Shown piece after piece: positions 10,136-20,111 of a stretch of 64,000 nt of DNA. The notes beneath the pieces are model-generated. The model saw only the letters and a list, made by a program, of their open reading frames with translations. It did no database searches and was not told where the DNA came from. How positions within the stretch are numbered: position 1 is the first letter of the stretch; every line of letters begins with the position of its first letter. This DNA comes from a bacterium (GTDB lineage Bacteria > Zhuqueibacterota > Zhuqueibacteria > Residuimicrobiales > Krinioviventaceae), in assembly GCA_963675755.2 (NCBI GenBank), contig CAXXMD010000003.1, positions 2,560,001 to 2,624,000 of the forward strand, given 5' to 3'. The translations under genes were made by a program, and so were the position numbers.

Positions 10136-10187
10136 TTGTTTTATATATCAAACAATTAAATATAGTATTTATTTATTTGTTTTGCAA
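10136..10187 (-). promoter_or_regulatory. sigma70 promoter and palindromic operator of the DtxR operon
   Basis: Minus strand TTGCAA (10182-10187), 17 nt, TATATT (10159-10164). Near-perfect 20-bp palindrome TTGTTTTATATATCAAACAA (10136-10155) covers the predicted transcription start. Confidence 0.65.
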
Positions 10188-10266
10188 GTAAAAAATGTTT
10201 ATTTTGATTTGAAAGTATATGAATCGAATTCAGTTCTGTTTAATTTGCTCTTGAATTTCTTGCAGT

Positions 10267-10638
10267 ATGGAGAAATATATGAAAATTGATGTAAAAATGA
10301 ACGGTAATATTCTTGTTTTAACATCTTCGGGGAACTTGATGGATTCTGAAAAAAAACAATTTCTGGAAGACTTTTTTTCATTTGTCAGAGAAAATAATCC
10401 CAGATATGTTCTTATTGATAGTCGGAAGCTTGAAGGACGTTTTTCAATCGGAGATATATTTTTTCAAGTCAAAGATATATCCCTGCGTACTGACAGAACA
10501 TATGAAAAAGTTGCAATAGTTGAGCGACAAGAGTTTCATGAAAAAATTGAATTTTACAGGGTAGCAGCCTGGAACGCGGGATTGCGTTTAAATTTCTTTT
10601 ATGATTATGATAGCGCTCTTGATTGGTTCAAGACCTGA
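10267..10638 (+). CDS. Small STAS/SpoIIAA-like alpha/beta protein
   Basis: VLIDSR, KVAIVE and FYDYDSALDWF pattern; alternative start at ATG 10279 after GGAG. Confidence 0.6.
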   Translation: MEKYMKIDVKMNGNILVLTSSGNLMDSEKKQFLEDFFSFVRENNPRYVLIDSRKLEGRFSIGDIFFQVKDISLRTDRTYEKVAIVERQEFHEKIEFYRVAAWNAGLRLNFFYDYDSALDWFKT

Positions 10639-10823
10639 GCACATGAATATAGATTTATGGAGCTATTGCCATAAATGGAAGTGAAATCTTTTTTATTCAA
10701 GGGGGAAGCATTGTTTTTATTGAATATGTGAATATTAAGAAAACACAGGTGTTAATAAGGGCTTGTTAAAAACATTACTGAATTATAATCAAGCCCTTGA
10801 ATGGTAAAACAGCCAGGAATTTT

Positions 10824-12185
10824 TTATAGATTTTTCAATTTTTCTTTCAATTCCAGGTACTCGCAAAGCAAATTGATATTCATGTTAAAAACGCTGCTGC
10901 TGATCCTGTCCTTGGTAATATATTCACCACTCCATCTTACTCCGGGAATGTAATTTTTATACTTGTCATTTTTTGAAATCCAGCGTCCTTGCTCGTCCTG
11001 GCTTTCAATAATTTTCTTGATTTGTGGCTCAATCTCTAACAGACGTGCTTGTATACCATCTTTGGTTTGCATGGGGTCTGGTAACGGGATTTTATTTTGA
11101 ACAGCGTCAAGCGTAATTTGATAACGCTTTTTTACAGCACTCAACGCGTCACTCAGATCATTTTCATACCCGTAACCGGTTCTGCGTTCGATGTGCAAAC
11201 TGTCAGTAGTTTCTACTCTGATGCGACCGCGATCGTAATAAAGGGATTTGTTGGTATAGAGTTCAACAAACCGGGCCCACTTGCCATTGGGGAGCTGGAT
11301 ATCATCCAGCCAGTTTAATGCATCTGGTATTGCAACAAGATAGTGTGGGTCATTAAGACATTCAAACATATCTAGCAGACTGTTCATGACGCGTATGGTA
11401 ACCAGGGGACAGACAGCAGGGGGTTCAAAATCGCGAGCCCATGCCGGCTGCAGGTGATGATTATATTGTTGTGCCCAACCGGGTTGTGGGGGTGCAATTT
11501 GAGATATCATGAGAAACCGGCCCACTTTTTCTAATGATTTTCTGTAATCCGGGTTTTTATAATATTGCCAGGCATCCATCATGACCTGAATGCAGTCATT
11601 AATTCCCCCATCATTAAAGGTGGCAAAATCGTGATAATTACCTTGTTCAGGATATTTGTGAGGCCAGCCACCATCTGCCAGTTGGCTTTTTTGCATCATA
11701 TCCAGTGCTTTGTTTATTGCGAGTGTTAGAGAATCATCATTAATAATTTGATCAAGTTGCATTAAAAAACGTATTGCGCTTTGAGTTTGATTATCATCAA
11801 AGCTTACAATATCACTTTTATGGGTTACATTGATAGTATGGTCCCAGCCACCGAGATCATTTTGACCACGAATTAAAGCATAGGCCGCTGCCCTGGCAGC
11901 TTCAAGTGCAGTCTGACTGGAAATTATATTGTAGGCACGAACAAAACTCATACCCACAGCAGGAGTTCCCGGAGGCTGAACCTCAATGGTGTTTTCATCT
12001 GTCCTGCCTTCACCCCAGCGTTCAGTCATATCCAGTGTATAGTTATAAACATAGCCGCCGTGTACATTTATAGAGTAGTAATATTCTACTCCCTTTTCGA
12101 TTGCGTTTTTTGTGTTTTGGACAATGTTTTGTGAAAAAGCGGTAAAAGAAAAGAGGACGAAAATAATAACCATATTCTTTTTCAT
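10824..12185 (-). CDS. Secreted pectate lyase-like protein (PL10/PelA-like)
   Basis: Signal peptide from ATG 12185; GGWP, ATFNDG, WAQQY, PAWARDFEP and WARFVE motifs. Confidence 0.75.
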   Translation of the reverse strand: MKKNMVIIFVLFSFTAFSQNIVQNTKNAIEKGVEYYYSINVHGGYVYNYTLDMTERWGEGRTDENTIEVQPPGTPAVGMSFVRAYNIISSQTALEAARAAAYALIRGQNDLGGWDHTINVTHKSDIVSFDDNQTQSAIRFLMQLDQIINDDSLTLAINKALDMMQKSQLADGGWPHKYPEQGNYHDFATFNDGGINDCIQVMMDAWQYYKNPDYRKSLEKVGRFLMISQIAPPQPGWAQQYNHHLQPAWARDFEPPAVCPLVTIRVMNSLLDMFECLNDPHYLVAIPDALNWLDDIQLPNGKWARFVELYTNKSLYYDRGRIRVETTDSLHIERRTGYGYENDLSDALSAVKKRYQITLDAVQNKIPLPDPMQTKDGIQARLLEIEPQIKKIIESQDEQGRWISKNDKYKNYIPGVRWSGEYITKDRISSSVFNMNINLLCEYLELKEKLKNL

Positions 12186-12453
12186 AAGAGGTCTCCGGAA
12201 GTGAGTTGTTTTTATGATTGTTAGTATATACATATTTTGTTTTGTTGTCAATAATTATATTTTCGCTGTTTTCTGAGAAAAGGGTATTGAAAAAAATGGA
12301 AGAAACCAGAATTGTTTATGTTATAATATTCAAGAAACTGTCTGATTTGCCGACAATATGTAATAATGCCAAATCCTTTCTTATGCATTTCAATTGTTTT
12401 CTAGTATTATAATTAACAACATCTTAAAATTTCAAATTAGAATTGGGGAAGTG

Positions 12454-13323
12454 ATGGAATCTTTTGACTCTCAATTAATTGAAAATATAAAGCTTGAACC
12501 CGCAGATCTTGATTCTTTTGCAAGTTGGAAAAAAGAGAATGGTCACGATATTATATATAATGAAGGTATCTATTGGGAAAAGATATTTCAGGGTTTTTAT
12601 CAACCGGCGCATATAGTACAAAAATTAAGTCTTGAGCAAATCCATTATCCTCAATTTTTACATTGGGGCGTAAGAGGGGTTTTACAGGATTCAGAGTCAT
12701 CCCTTGCGAATGGATTGATCCATTTTTATGCTTTTGAACACATAAAAAAATTCGACATTACAGTTTTCTCTCATCAACGAAGATCCAATGTTCGTAAATG
12801 CTTTAGAAATGTTGATATACGTGAAGTTAAAGATGAAAAAATAATGATGGATCAAGGTTATGATGTTATATCATCTTCATTGCAAAGAACAAATCATTTA
12901 GAGATACCTTCAAAAGATGAATATTTAAAGCATTGTACAGCGTATATAAATAATGGAGATAACAGCCATATTATATTAGGCGCATTTCTGGAAAACAGAC
13001 TTTTAGCATATCTTGATATTTGTGCTGTTGAAGAAACTGCATATTTGATGAATATGTATATTCACTCAGACGCTTTAAATTTTTCTGTTAGTCCGGGTTT
13101 GTTTTATAGTGCATTTTTACTTTGCCGGGAGAGTGAAAAAATTACCCAGGTATTAGCAGGCGGGCCAACACCTGATGATAACGGATTGGAAATATTTAAA
13201 AAGAGAATGGGGTTTACTATAGTTGATGTTCCAACGTTTTGCAAAATGAATAAAATGGTTGCTTTATTATTAAGAATGAAATGCCCTGAAAGTTATCATC
13301 AATTATTAAGTGTGCACCACTAG
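12454..13323 (+). CDS. GNAT/FemAB-like fold protein, paralog 1
   Basis: RRSNVRKCFR and GLEIFKKRMGF motifs; ATG 12454 follows GGGGAAG; clearly similar to the next gene. Confidence 0.6.
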   Translation: MESFDSQLIENIKLEPADLDSFASWKKENGHDIIYNEGIYWEKIFQGFYQPAHIVQKLSLEQIHYPQFLHWGVRGVLQDSESSLANGLIHFYAFEHIKKFDITVFSHQRRSNVRKCFRNVDIREVKDEKIMMDQGYDVISSSLQRTNHLEIPSKDEYLKHCTAYINNGDNSHIILGAFLENRLLAYLDICAVEETAYLMNMYIHSDALNFSVSPGLFYSAFLLCRESEKITQVLAGGPTPDDNGLEIFKKRMGFTIVDVPTFCKMNKMVALLLRMKCPESYHQLLSVHH

Positions 13324-13378
13324 TTTTATTCATTTTGACAAATCTGATAGTATTACTTTATAAATCAGGTGGATTTGA

Positions 13379-14254
13379 ATGAAAACTATAGATATTGAAC
13401 CAATCCTTTCAAGTATTAAACTTGTTCCTGCTTCAATCACAGATTTTGCAATTTGGAAGGCCTCACAGGGTCATCATATTGTTGAAAAAAACAATTTATA
13501 TTGGCACGAAGCGTTTAAAGGCTTTTATCAACCCATTCATATTTTACAAGAGTTGCATCAGAGCCAAATCCATTCACCTAAAATGATGGCCTGGGGAGTA
13601 CGAGGTGCATTAAATAAAAGTGAACAGTTTTTGGCAAATGGAGCGATCGAGTACTATACCCTCGAAAATTTAAACAGTTTTGATTTCAGCATGTTTTCTC
13701 AAAAAAGGAGAGAGAATATTCGTAAATGTTTTCGCAGGGTAGAGATCAAAGAAATCAAAGATGAAAATATTTTACTAGAGCAGGGATATGATATTGTTCG
13801 TTCTTCATTGGAACGAACTCATCATGCTTCTATACCAACAAAAGATAAGTATCTTGAAAATTGTACAGCCTATGTGAACAAGGGGGATAACAGTCATATG
13901 GTTCTTGGGGCATTTGAAGACAATAAATTGCTCGCTTTTTTAGAACTCTCTGCGGTTGAGGATACGGTTTATCTGGTAACCATGATGATTGCATCTGATG
14001 CATTAAAACATGGTGTGAGCTCTGGATTGTTTTACACGTCTTTTGAACTAAGCAAGTATGCTCCTGGAATAAAACGAATGTTTGCCGGTGGCAGAACCAG
14101 CGGTCATGAAGCTCTTGATGTTTTTAAACAAAGTATGGGGATGACCATTGTTAAAGAACCCTTCTGGAGTGATATAAAGCCTTCTGCAAAGTTTGTTTTA
14201 AAACACAAATACCCTCAAAAATACAACCGTTTGATTGGCGGATTAGCAGCTTGA
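13379..14254 (+). CDS. GNAT/FemAB-like fold protein, paralog 2
   Basis: RRENIRKCFR and ALDVFKQSMGM motifs; colinear similarity with 12454-13323. Confidence 0.6.
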   Translation: MKTIDIEPILSSIKLVPASITDFAIWKASQGHHIVEKNNLYWHEAFKGFYQPIHILQELHQSQIHSPKMMAWGVRGALNKSEQFLANGAIEYYTLENLNSFDFSMFSQKRRENIRKCFRRVEIKEIKDENILLEQGYDIVRSSLERTHHASIPTKDKYLENCTAYVNKGDNSHMVLGAFEDNKLLAFLELSAVEDTVYLVTMMIASDALKHGVSSGLFYTSFELSKYAPGIKRMFAGGRTSGHEALDVFKQSMGMTIVKEPFWSDIKPSAKFVLKHKYPQKYNRLIGGLAA

Positions 14255-14366
14255 TTTGGTGATGTTGAGCGGGTTGCGTTTTTTCAACAGTTTATGACAA
14301 CTGGTTTTTTATATTGACAATAGTGGGGATTCTATGTATATATAAGTAATGTATAATTAACAAGGG

Positions 14367-14777
14367 GTGACCATGAAAGTAATTCCAATTTTAATTCTGT
14401 TATTGGTGTTGACGGCTTGTTCAACACTGCTTGATCCTGAAGATCAGGCCAAACTGGTGCTTTATGATGGTTCCTATGAGAATTTTACAGATGCTTCCGG
14501 AGAAACGCATTCAGCAATACAATGGAAGTATCGCGTAAAATCTGTCTCCTGCCAGATAGGGGGATATGGAATAATAAAGGGCGATCATACTGCTTCTGTT
14601 AGCTGGTGGAAGATGAAAACCATAGAACCGGGTATAGAGTATACGTTCACAGACACACTCAATTCAGCAATCGCGGCTAACAGTGGAACACGGATTTCCA
14701 TGGAGGGATATATAGATCATGATCATGGCGGGATTAAATCCATTTCTTCTGAAATTCATTTGGTAGAGCGAAAATAA
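14367..14777 (+). CDS. Hypothetical lipoprotein
   Basis: Hydrophobic leader ending in lipobox LTAC. Confidence 0.65.
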   Translation: MTMKVIPILILLLVLTACSTLLDPEDQAKLVLYDGSYENFTDASGETHSAIQWKYRVKSVSCQIGGYGIIKGDHTASVSWWKMKTIEPGIEYTFTDTLNSAIAANSGTRISMEGYIDHDHGGIKSISSEIHLVERK

Positions 14778-14939
14778 AAATTATCCTGACAATAGAAGTT
14801 GTTCCAAGTAATTAATTCTTGTATCCTGCAAAAGAATTAATTATACTCTGGTGTATACTGTTTGTATTTTTTTTAACAGCTATTCTTTTTTGTCCATCCT
14901 TTTTTAAGAGAACTGTAACCGAAAATACAAAGGAACACT

Positions 14940-16391
14940 ATGAAAAATCTACCTCGTCGTCGATTTTTACAGCTAGCAGGTTTAGCGGGGGCATCAATCG
15001 TAATTCCAGGTTGTGCAAAAAAAATAAAACCCAATATTGTATTCATCATGGCCGATGATATGGGTTATGGTGATCCGGGTTGCTATAATCCGGAAAGTAA
15101 AGCACCAACCCCTAATATCGATCAGCTTGCGGCTGATGGAATGCGGTTTACCAATGCTCATTCAGCCGGGTCTTTGTGTATTCCTGCACGATATGGATTG
15201 CTGACCGGCAGATACCCCATGCGTGAGGATATGAACAAGCACCGCTATACCAATCTGATTGAACCGGGTCGTGAAACTCTTGCCACCATAGTTAAAAAAA
15301 GCGGTTACCGAACCGCTATGGTTGGGAAATGGCACTTGGGATTTGAACATGTTGATAACCCGGATTTCAGTAAACCACTCAAAGGCGGCCCTGTCGATTG
15401 CGGTTTTGATTCCTTTTTCGGCATGCATGCATCGCTGGATATTCAACCCTATTATTATATCGAGAATGACCGTGCTGTGCTTCCGCCCACAGAGACGATA
15501 GAGGCCCACAACAGTCCCGATGTTACTCCTGTTCAGGGAGCATTCTGGAGAAAAGGAAAAATAGCACCGGGATTTAAACATGAACAAGTGTTACCCAAAT
15601 TTGCGGAAAAGTCCATTGCATTTTTAAATCAGCAGGATAAAAGTAACCCGTTTTTTCTCTATCTGGCACTTGCCGCACCGCATACTCCCTGGCTGCCACA
15701 GGGTAAATTCCGAGGGATGAGTAAAGCAGGGGATTATGGGGATTTTGTATCGCAGGTTGATGATGTAGTCGGCCGGGTCCTGAAAACGCTTCAGGAAAAA
15801 GGTCTTGCAAATAATACACTGGTCATATTTACCAGTGATAATGGTCCAGTCTGGTTCAAAGAAGATGTGGAACGATATGATCATCGCTCTGTTTCTTTTT
15901 TACGGGGAATGAAAGCCGATGCCTACGAGGGTGGACACCGGATGCCCTTTATAGCACGATGGCCCGGAAAAGTACAGCCGGGCAGTGTAAGTGAAGAAGT
16001 CATTAGTTTTGTGGATGTTCTTGCAACGCTTGCTGATGTTTCTGGACAGCCGTTAACTCAATATGCTGAAGACAGTTATAGTATTGTTCCGGTGTTGATG
16101 AACAAGGATTACCCAAAACCTTTGCGGGAAGCTACTGTCATCGACAGCAATACGCTTATACAATGGCCCTGGAAACTGATTGTGGGTTCCGGACTAGGTG
16201 GAATTCATGCACATTATAATCCCGAATTGCAGGATGATCGAAACAAAGGGAAGCATTTTAACGAACTTTATAATTTAGATAAAGACCCTTCGGAAACCCA
16301 AAATCTTGCAGAACAGCAACCTGAAATTGTAGAGCGTTTAAAACGATTGTTAACTACATATCAAGACCAGGGATTCAGTGTAAAACGTTAA
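14940..16391 (+). CDS. Arylsulfatase (Cys-type S1 sulfatase), Tat signal
   Basis: RRRFL signal, PNIVFIMADDMGYGD, CIPARYGLLTG (CxPxR), GKWHLG and SDNG. Confidence 0.93.
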   Translation: MKNLPRRRFLQLAGLAGASIVIPGCAKKIKPNIVFIMADDMGYGDPGCYNPESKAPTPNIDQLAADGMRFTNAHSAGSLCIPARYGLLTGRYPMREDMNKHRYTNLIEPGRETLATIVKKSGYRTAMVGKWHLGFEHVDNPDFSKPLKGGPVDCGFDSFFGMHASLDIQPYYYIENDRAVLPPTETIEAHNSPDVTPVQGAFWRKGKIAPGFKHEQVLPKFAEKSIAFLNQQDKSNPFFLYLALAAPHTPWLPQGKFRGMSKAGDYGDFVSQVDDVVGRVLKTLQEKGLANNTLVIFTSDNGPVWFKEDVERYDHRSVSFLRGMKADAYEGGHRMPFIARWPGKVQPGSVSEEVISFVDVLATLADVSGQPLTQYAEDSYSIVPVLMNKDYPKPLREATVIDSNTLIQWPWKLIVGSGLGGIHAHYNPELQDDRNKGKHFNELYNLDKDPSETQNLAEQQPEIVERLKRLLTTYQDQGFSVKR

Positions 16392-16419
16392 TTTAATTCT
16401 GATAAAAGGTGAGAGTTTT

Positions 16420-17721
16420 ATGAAACGCAGACAGTTTTTAAAAGATCTTGTTACGGGTACTGCAGCAATATCTACATTTTCGTTTTATCAATGCAGTAGA
16501 ATAAAACGAAAACCCAATATTGTATTGATCATGGTAGATGACTTTGGGTATGAATGTATTCGAGCCAATGGCGGTACCTCTTATGAAACGCCATTTATAG
16601 ACAGTCTGGCTAATACCGGTATGCGTTTTACACATTGTTATTCCATGCCATTGTGTACGCCTTCCCGTGTACAGATTATGACCGGAAAATATAATTTTAG
16701 AAACTATACGGAATTTGGCGCGCTTAAACCGGGTGAATATACGTTTGGAAATTTATTTCAGCAGAATGGTTACAAGACCTGCGTAGCCGGTAAATGGCAG
16801 TTGGCGGGAAGTGTCAAGGGTACCCCGCAAGTTGGAAAAGGGACTATGCCCAATGACGCGGGATTTGATGAATATTGTCTGTGGCATTTAAATGTTCGTG
16901 AAAAGCGTTACTGGTATCCTGTTATAAATCAAAATGGAAAAATGCGGGATGATATTCATGACCGCTTTGGTCCTGATGTATTTGTTGATTATATAAATGA
17001 TTTTGTGAGTCGGAATCAAAAAGATCCGTTTTTTGTGTATTATCCCATGGCGTTAACTCATGATCCTTTTTTACCCACTCCTGATGACAATCCCACAGAG
17101 GAAGAAAAAGAATCCAAAGGGCCTGAAAATTTTCCCAGTTTTGTACGCTATACAGATAAAATGGTCAAACGTATTGTAGATAATCTGGATAAATTGGGTC
17201 TACGAGAGAATACGTTGATTTTGTTTACCGGAGATAACGGTACACACAAGAGTATAATTAGTCAGCTGGATGGAAAACCTCTTCGCGGAGACAAGGGCAT
17301 GCCAACTATTGCAGGTACGCATGTACCGTTGATTGCCAACTGGCCCGGAACAATAACAGAGGGAGTTGTTAAAAACGATCTTGTGGATTTTACTGATTTT
17401 TTTCCCACTTTGGCAGAAACAGCAGGTATTGAGCCTCCTGTTGAATTGTATTTGGATGGTCACAGCTTTTTACCCCAATTAAAGGGAGAAACCGGGAACC
17501 CAAGAGAATGGGTGTTCTGTCATTATGATCCGCGTTGGGGAACACGACCCAGCGCCAGATATGTTCATAACAAATATTTAAAGCTGTACGGTGATGGCAG
17601 AATATTCAATATTGCTTCTGATCCCCTGGAAGAAAAACCGCTTGAATTTGAAAATATGGACCGGGTAAGTCAGGAAACAATAAGAGAATTTGAAAAAGTA
17701 TTGAAATTATATCGGAAATAG
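16420..17721 (+). CDS. Sulfatase (Cys-type S1), Tat signal
   Basis: KRRQFL signal, PNIVLIMVDDFG, CTPSRVQIMTG, GKWQL and GDNG. Confidence 0.92.
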   Translation: MKRRQFLKDLVTGTAAISTFSFYQCSRIKRKPNIVLIMVDDFGYECIRANGGTSYETPFIDSLANTGMRFTHCYSMPLCTPSRVQIMTGKYNFRNYTEFGALKPGEYTFGNLFQQNGYKTCVAGKWQLAGSVKGTPQVGKGTMPNDAGFDEYCLWHLNVREKRYWYPVINQNGKMRDDIHDRFGPDVFVDYINDFVSRNQKDPFFVYYPMALTHDPFLPTPDDNPTEEEKESKGPENFPSFVRYTDKMVKRIVDNLDKLGLRENTLILFTGDNGTHKSIISQLDGKPLRGDKGMPTIAGTHVPLIANWPGTITEGVVKNDLVDFTDFFPTLAETAGIEPPVELYLDGHSFLPQLKGETGNPREWVFCHYDPRWGTRPSARYVHNKYLKLYGDGRIFNIASDPLEEKPLEFENMDRVSQETIREFEKVLKLYRK

Positions 17722-17793
17722 CGTTTGAATTCAGTTATGGCTGCGTTTCGAAATATTGTTAGTATTGTGTATTTGAAAAAGATGGAGATTCGT

Positions 17794-19398
17794 GTGAAAA
17801 AGTTCAAAGACTGTTCAGGCTTGATTTTGGTGCTTTTAGTATTTTCCTCCAGTCTTGTTTTTGGACAAACACCGAACAACGCCATTCTGTCAACAGAAAT
17901 ACTAGAATCATATATTGACCGATTTGTCGAACAGGATAAAGAACTATATGTTCAATATATTCCTAATGATAAAGCATTTGAATTTTTACAATCCAACATT
18001 CCACTGTTTGAATGTCCGGACAAAGATATCGAACGCACCTACTATTTCAGATGGTGGACCTTTCGAAAGCATATAAAAGAAACTCCAGATGGTTTTGTCG
18101 TGACCGAATTCCTGCCGAATGTCGGTTGGGCAGGGAAGCATAATACAATCAGTTGTGCGGCTGGACACCATTTTTACGAAGGTAGATGGCTGCATGATTC
18201 GAGATATCTAAATGATTATGCACGATTCTGGTTCAGAGGAGGTGGCTCACCCCGGGGATATAGCTTTTGGGCTGCTGACGCTTTGTATGCTTTTCATTAC
18301 GTTCACATAAAAGACACTCTCCTTGTGGATTTACTTCCGGATCTGGTTGAAAACTATGGAAAATGGGAAGATGGTTGGATTTGGAAAGATAGATGGCCAA
18401 TTGGACAGGATAATGATGGGTTGTTTTACATGATTGATAATCGGGAAGGTATGGAATTGTCAATCAGTCATTATGGTAAAAGACCCTCAATTAACTCTTA
18501 TATGTATGGTGATGCAGTTGCCATAAGCAAGATCGCAGCATTAAGTAATAATGAAGTTATAAAAAGTCAATATGCAGCAAAAGCAAAAACATTGAAAACA
18601 CTTGTTCAGGAAAAGTTGTGGGACGATGAGCAAAAGTTTTTCAAAACAAAACTCACAAATTCCGCAGAACTGGTTAATGTCCGGGAGTTGATAGGGTATA
18701 CGCCGTGGTATTTTGGGCTGCCTGACAGGAACAAGGGTTATGAAGAAGCCTGGCTTCAGATTATGAACACCGAAGGATTTTACGCGCCCTTTGGTCCAAC
18801 AACGGCTGAACAACGCCACCCTAAATTTATGAAACGTTACACAAAGGGTTGCCAATGGGATGGACCTTCGTGGCCATACTCCACATCTTTGACGTTGACA
18901 GCGCTTGCAAATGTATTGAATGATTACGATCAAGTGTATATAACAAAATCGGATTATTTTGATCTTTTATCCATTTATGCCAACAGTCACAAGCTTTTAA
19001 AACCAAATGGTGAGATGGTACCCTGGATTGATGAAAATCTGCAGCCTTTTACCGGTGACTGGATCATGCGTTCAATTAATATCATGTGGAACTGGTCTCG
19101 TGGGTATGAACGAGGAAAGGATTATAATCATTCTACTTTTTGTGATTTAATCATAACAGGCTTGATGGGCTTACGACCCAGTGCCGATAATGTGCTTCGA
19201 ATAAATCCCCTGGTACCGGAAAACGTATGGGACTGGTTTTGTCTGGATAATGTTTTATATAAAAATCATATAGTTTGTATTTTATGGGATGCATCCGGAA
19301 AGAAATATAACCAGGGCGTGGGATTCAGGATCTTTATTGACGGAAAACCCGTTGCACAATCACAAAAGCTTGAGCCAATAGAAATTATATTGGATTGA
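17794..19398 (+). CDS. Secreted glycoside hydrolase, MGH1/GH63-like (alpha/alpha)6 barrel
   Basis: Signal peptide (GTG 17794 after GGAG); YYFRWW, CAAGHH, CQWDGPSWP and DYNHSTF motifs. Confidence 0.72.
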   Translation: MKKFKDCSGLILVLLVFSSSLVFGQTPNNAILSTEILESYIDRFVEQDKELYVQYIPNDKAFEFLQSNIPLFECPDKDIERTYYFRWWTFRKHIKETPDGFVVTEFLPNVGWAGKHNTISCAAGHHFYEGRWLHDSRYLNDYARFWFRGGGSPRGYSFWAADALYAFHYVHIKDTLLVDLLPDLVENYGKWEDGWIWKDRWPIGQDNDGLFYMIDNREGMELSISHYGKRPSINSYMYGDAVAISKIAALSNNEVIKSQYAAKAKTLKTLVQEKLWDDEQKFFKTKLTNSAELVNVRELIGYTPWYFGLPDRNKGYEEAWLQIMNTEGFYAPFGPTTAEQRHPKFMKRYTKGCQWDGPSWPYSTSLTLTALANVLNDYDQVYITKSDYFDLLSIYANSHKLLKPNGEMVPWIDENLQPFTGDWIMRSINIMWNWSRGYERGKDYNHSTFCDLIITGLMGLRPSADNVLRINPLVPENVWDWFCLDNVLYKNHIVCILWDASGKKYNQGVGFRIFIDGKPVAQSQKLEPIEIILD

Positions 19399-19492
19399 AC
19401 TGGTATAGACTAGAAAACCTGCAAATATTTTAATAATATGTACTCATAAATATATGATATTTGTGGATATGTAGTAATAATGATTCTCTTTT

Positions 19493-20041
19493 TTACATCC
19501 ACCAATTATCTTCTCCCTTGATTAATTTCAGCTTGTCGTTTTTTAGATTGTATTCAAAGGTTACTGTGGGTATATATTGCCATTTTGTAAAAATTGCGTC
19601 ATCAATATGTTCTGGTAACTCGTCTTCATTGCCCTCAAATTCCAGAATGATAACATGTCGATTCTCATCCAATGTGATTTCTGCTAAGGATGGGTGAGGG
19701 ATGTTCCGGGATTCGGTAATTTTATTATTTCTGTGAACGGTTATAAAAACATAGCTACTGGCAAAAACACCAGTGCCCATGGATATTTGAGAAATAAACA
19801 GTATGTGTTTCCCACGATATGAAAATCGGTCATTAATGTGATAACTGTCCCCGCCGGTCAATTGATAGACGGTGTCCTGATCTACAGTAAGAAAATAATC
19901 CGTTCTTATGTGATCATCTGCTTTTACTATTTGTATGTCTTTGGGCTGCGGTGGAGTTGTATTTCTCAGTGTGAAATTAAAGATGAAAAGACCTGTAATA
20001 ACTCCCAGCACAATTGTCAGTATTACAGATACTTTTGGCAT
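19493..20041 (-). CDS. Hypothetical membrane-anchored protein
   Basis: 182-aa ORF with an N-terminal TM helix and an AGGAGG RBS upstream; no recognised motif. Confidence 0.65.
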   Translation of the reverse strand: MPKVSVILTIVLGVITGLFIFNFTLRNTTPPQPKDIQIVKADDHIRTDYFLTVDQDTVYQLTGGDSYHINDRFSYRGKHILFISQISMGTGVFASSYVFITVHRNNKITESRNIPHPSLAEITLDENRHVIILEFEGNEDELPEHIDDAIFTKWQYIPTVTFEYNLKNDKLKLIKGEDNWWM

Positions 20042-20111
20042 GAAAATCCCTCCTTGAAAAAGTCCTTAATTTTGATTAATATACAAAATTATTTTTGAAT
20101 TAAAAGGGATT

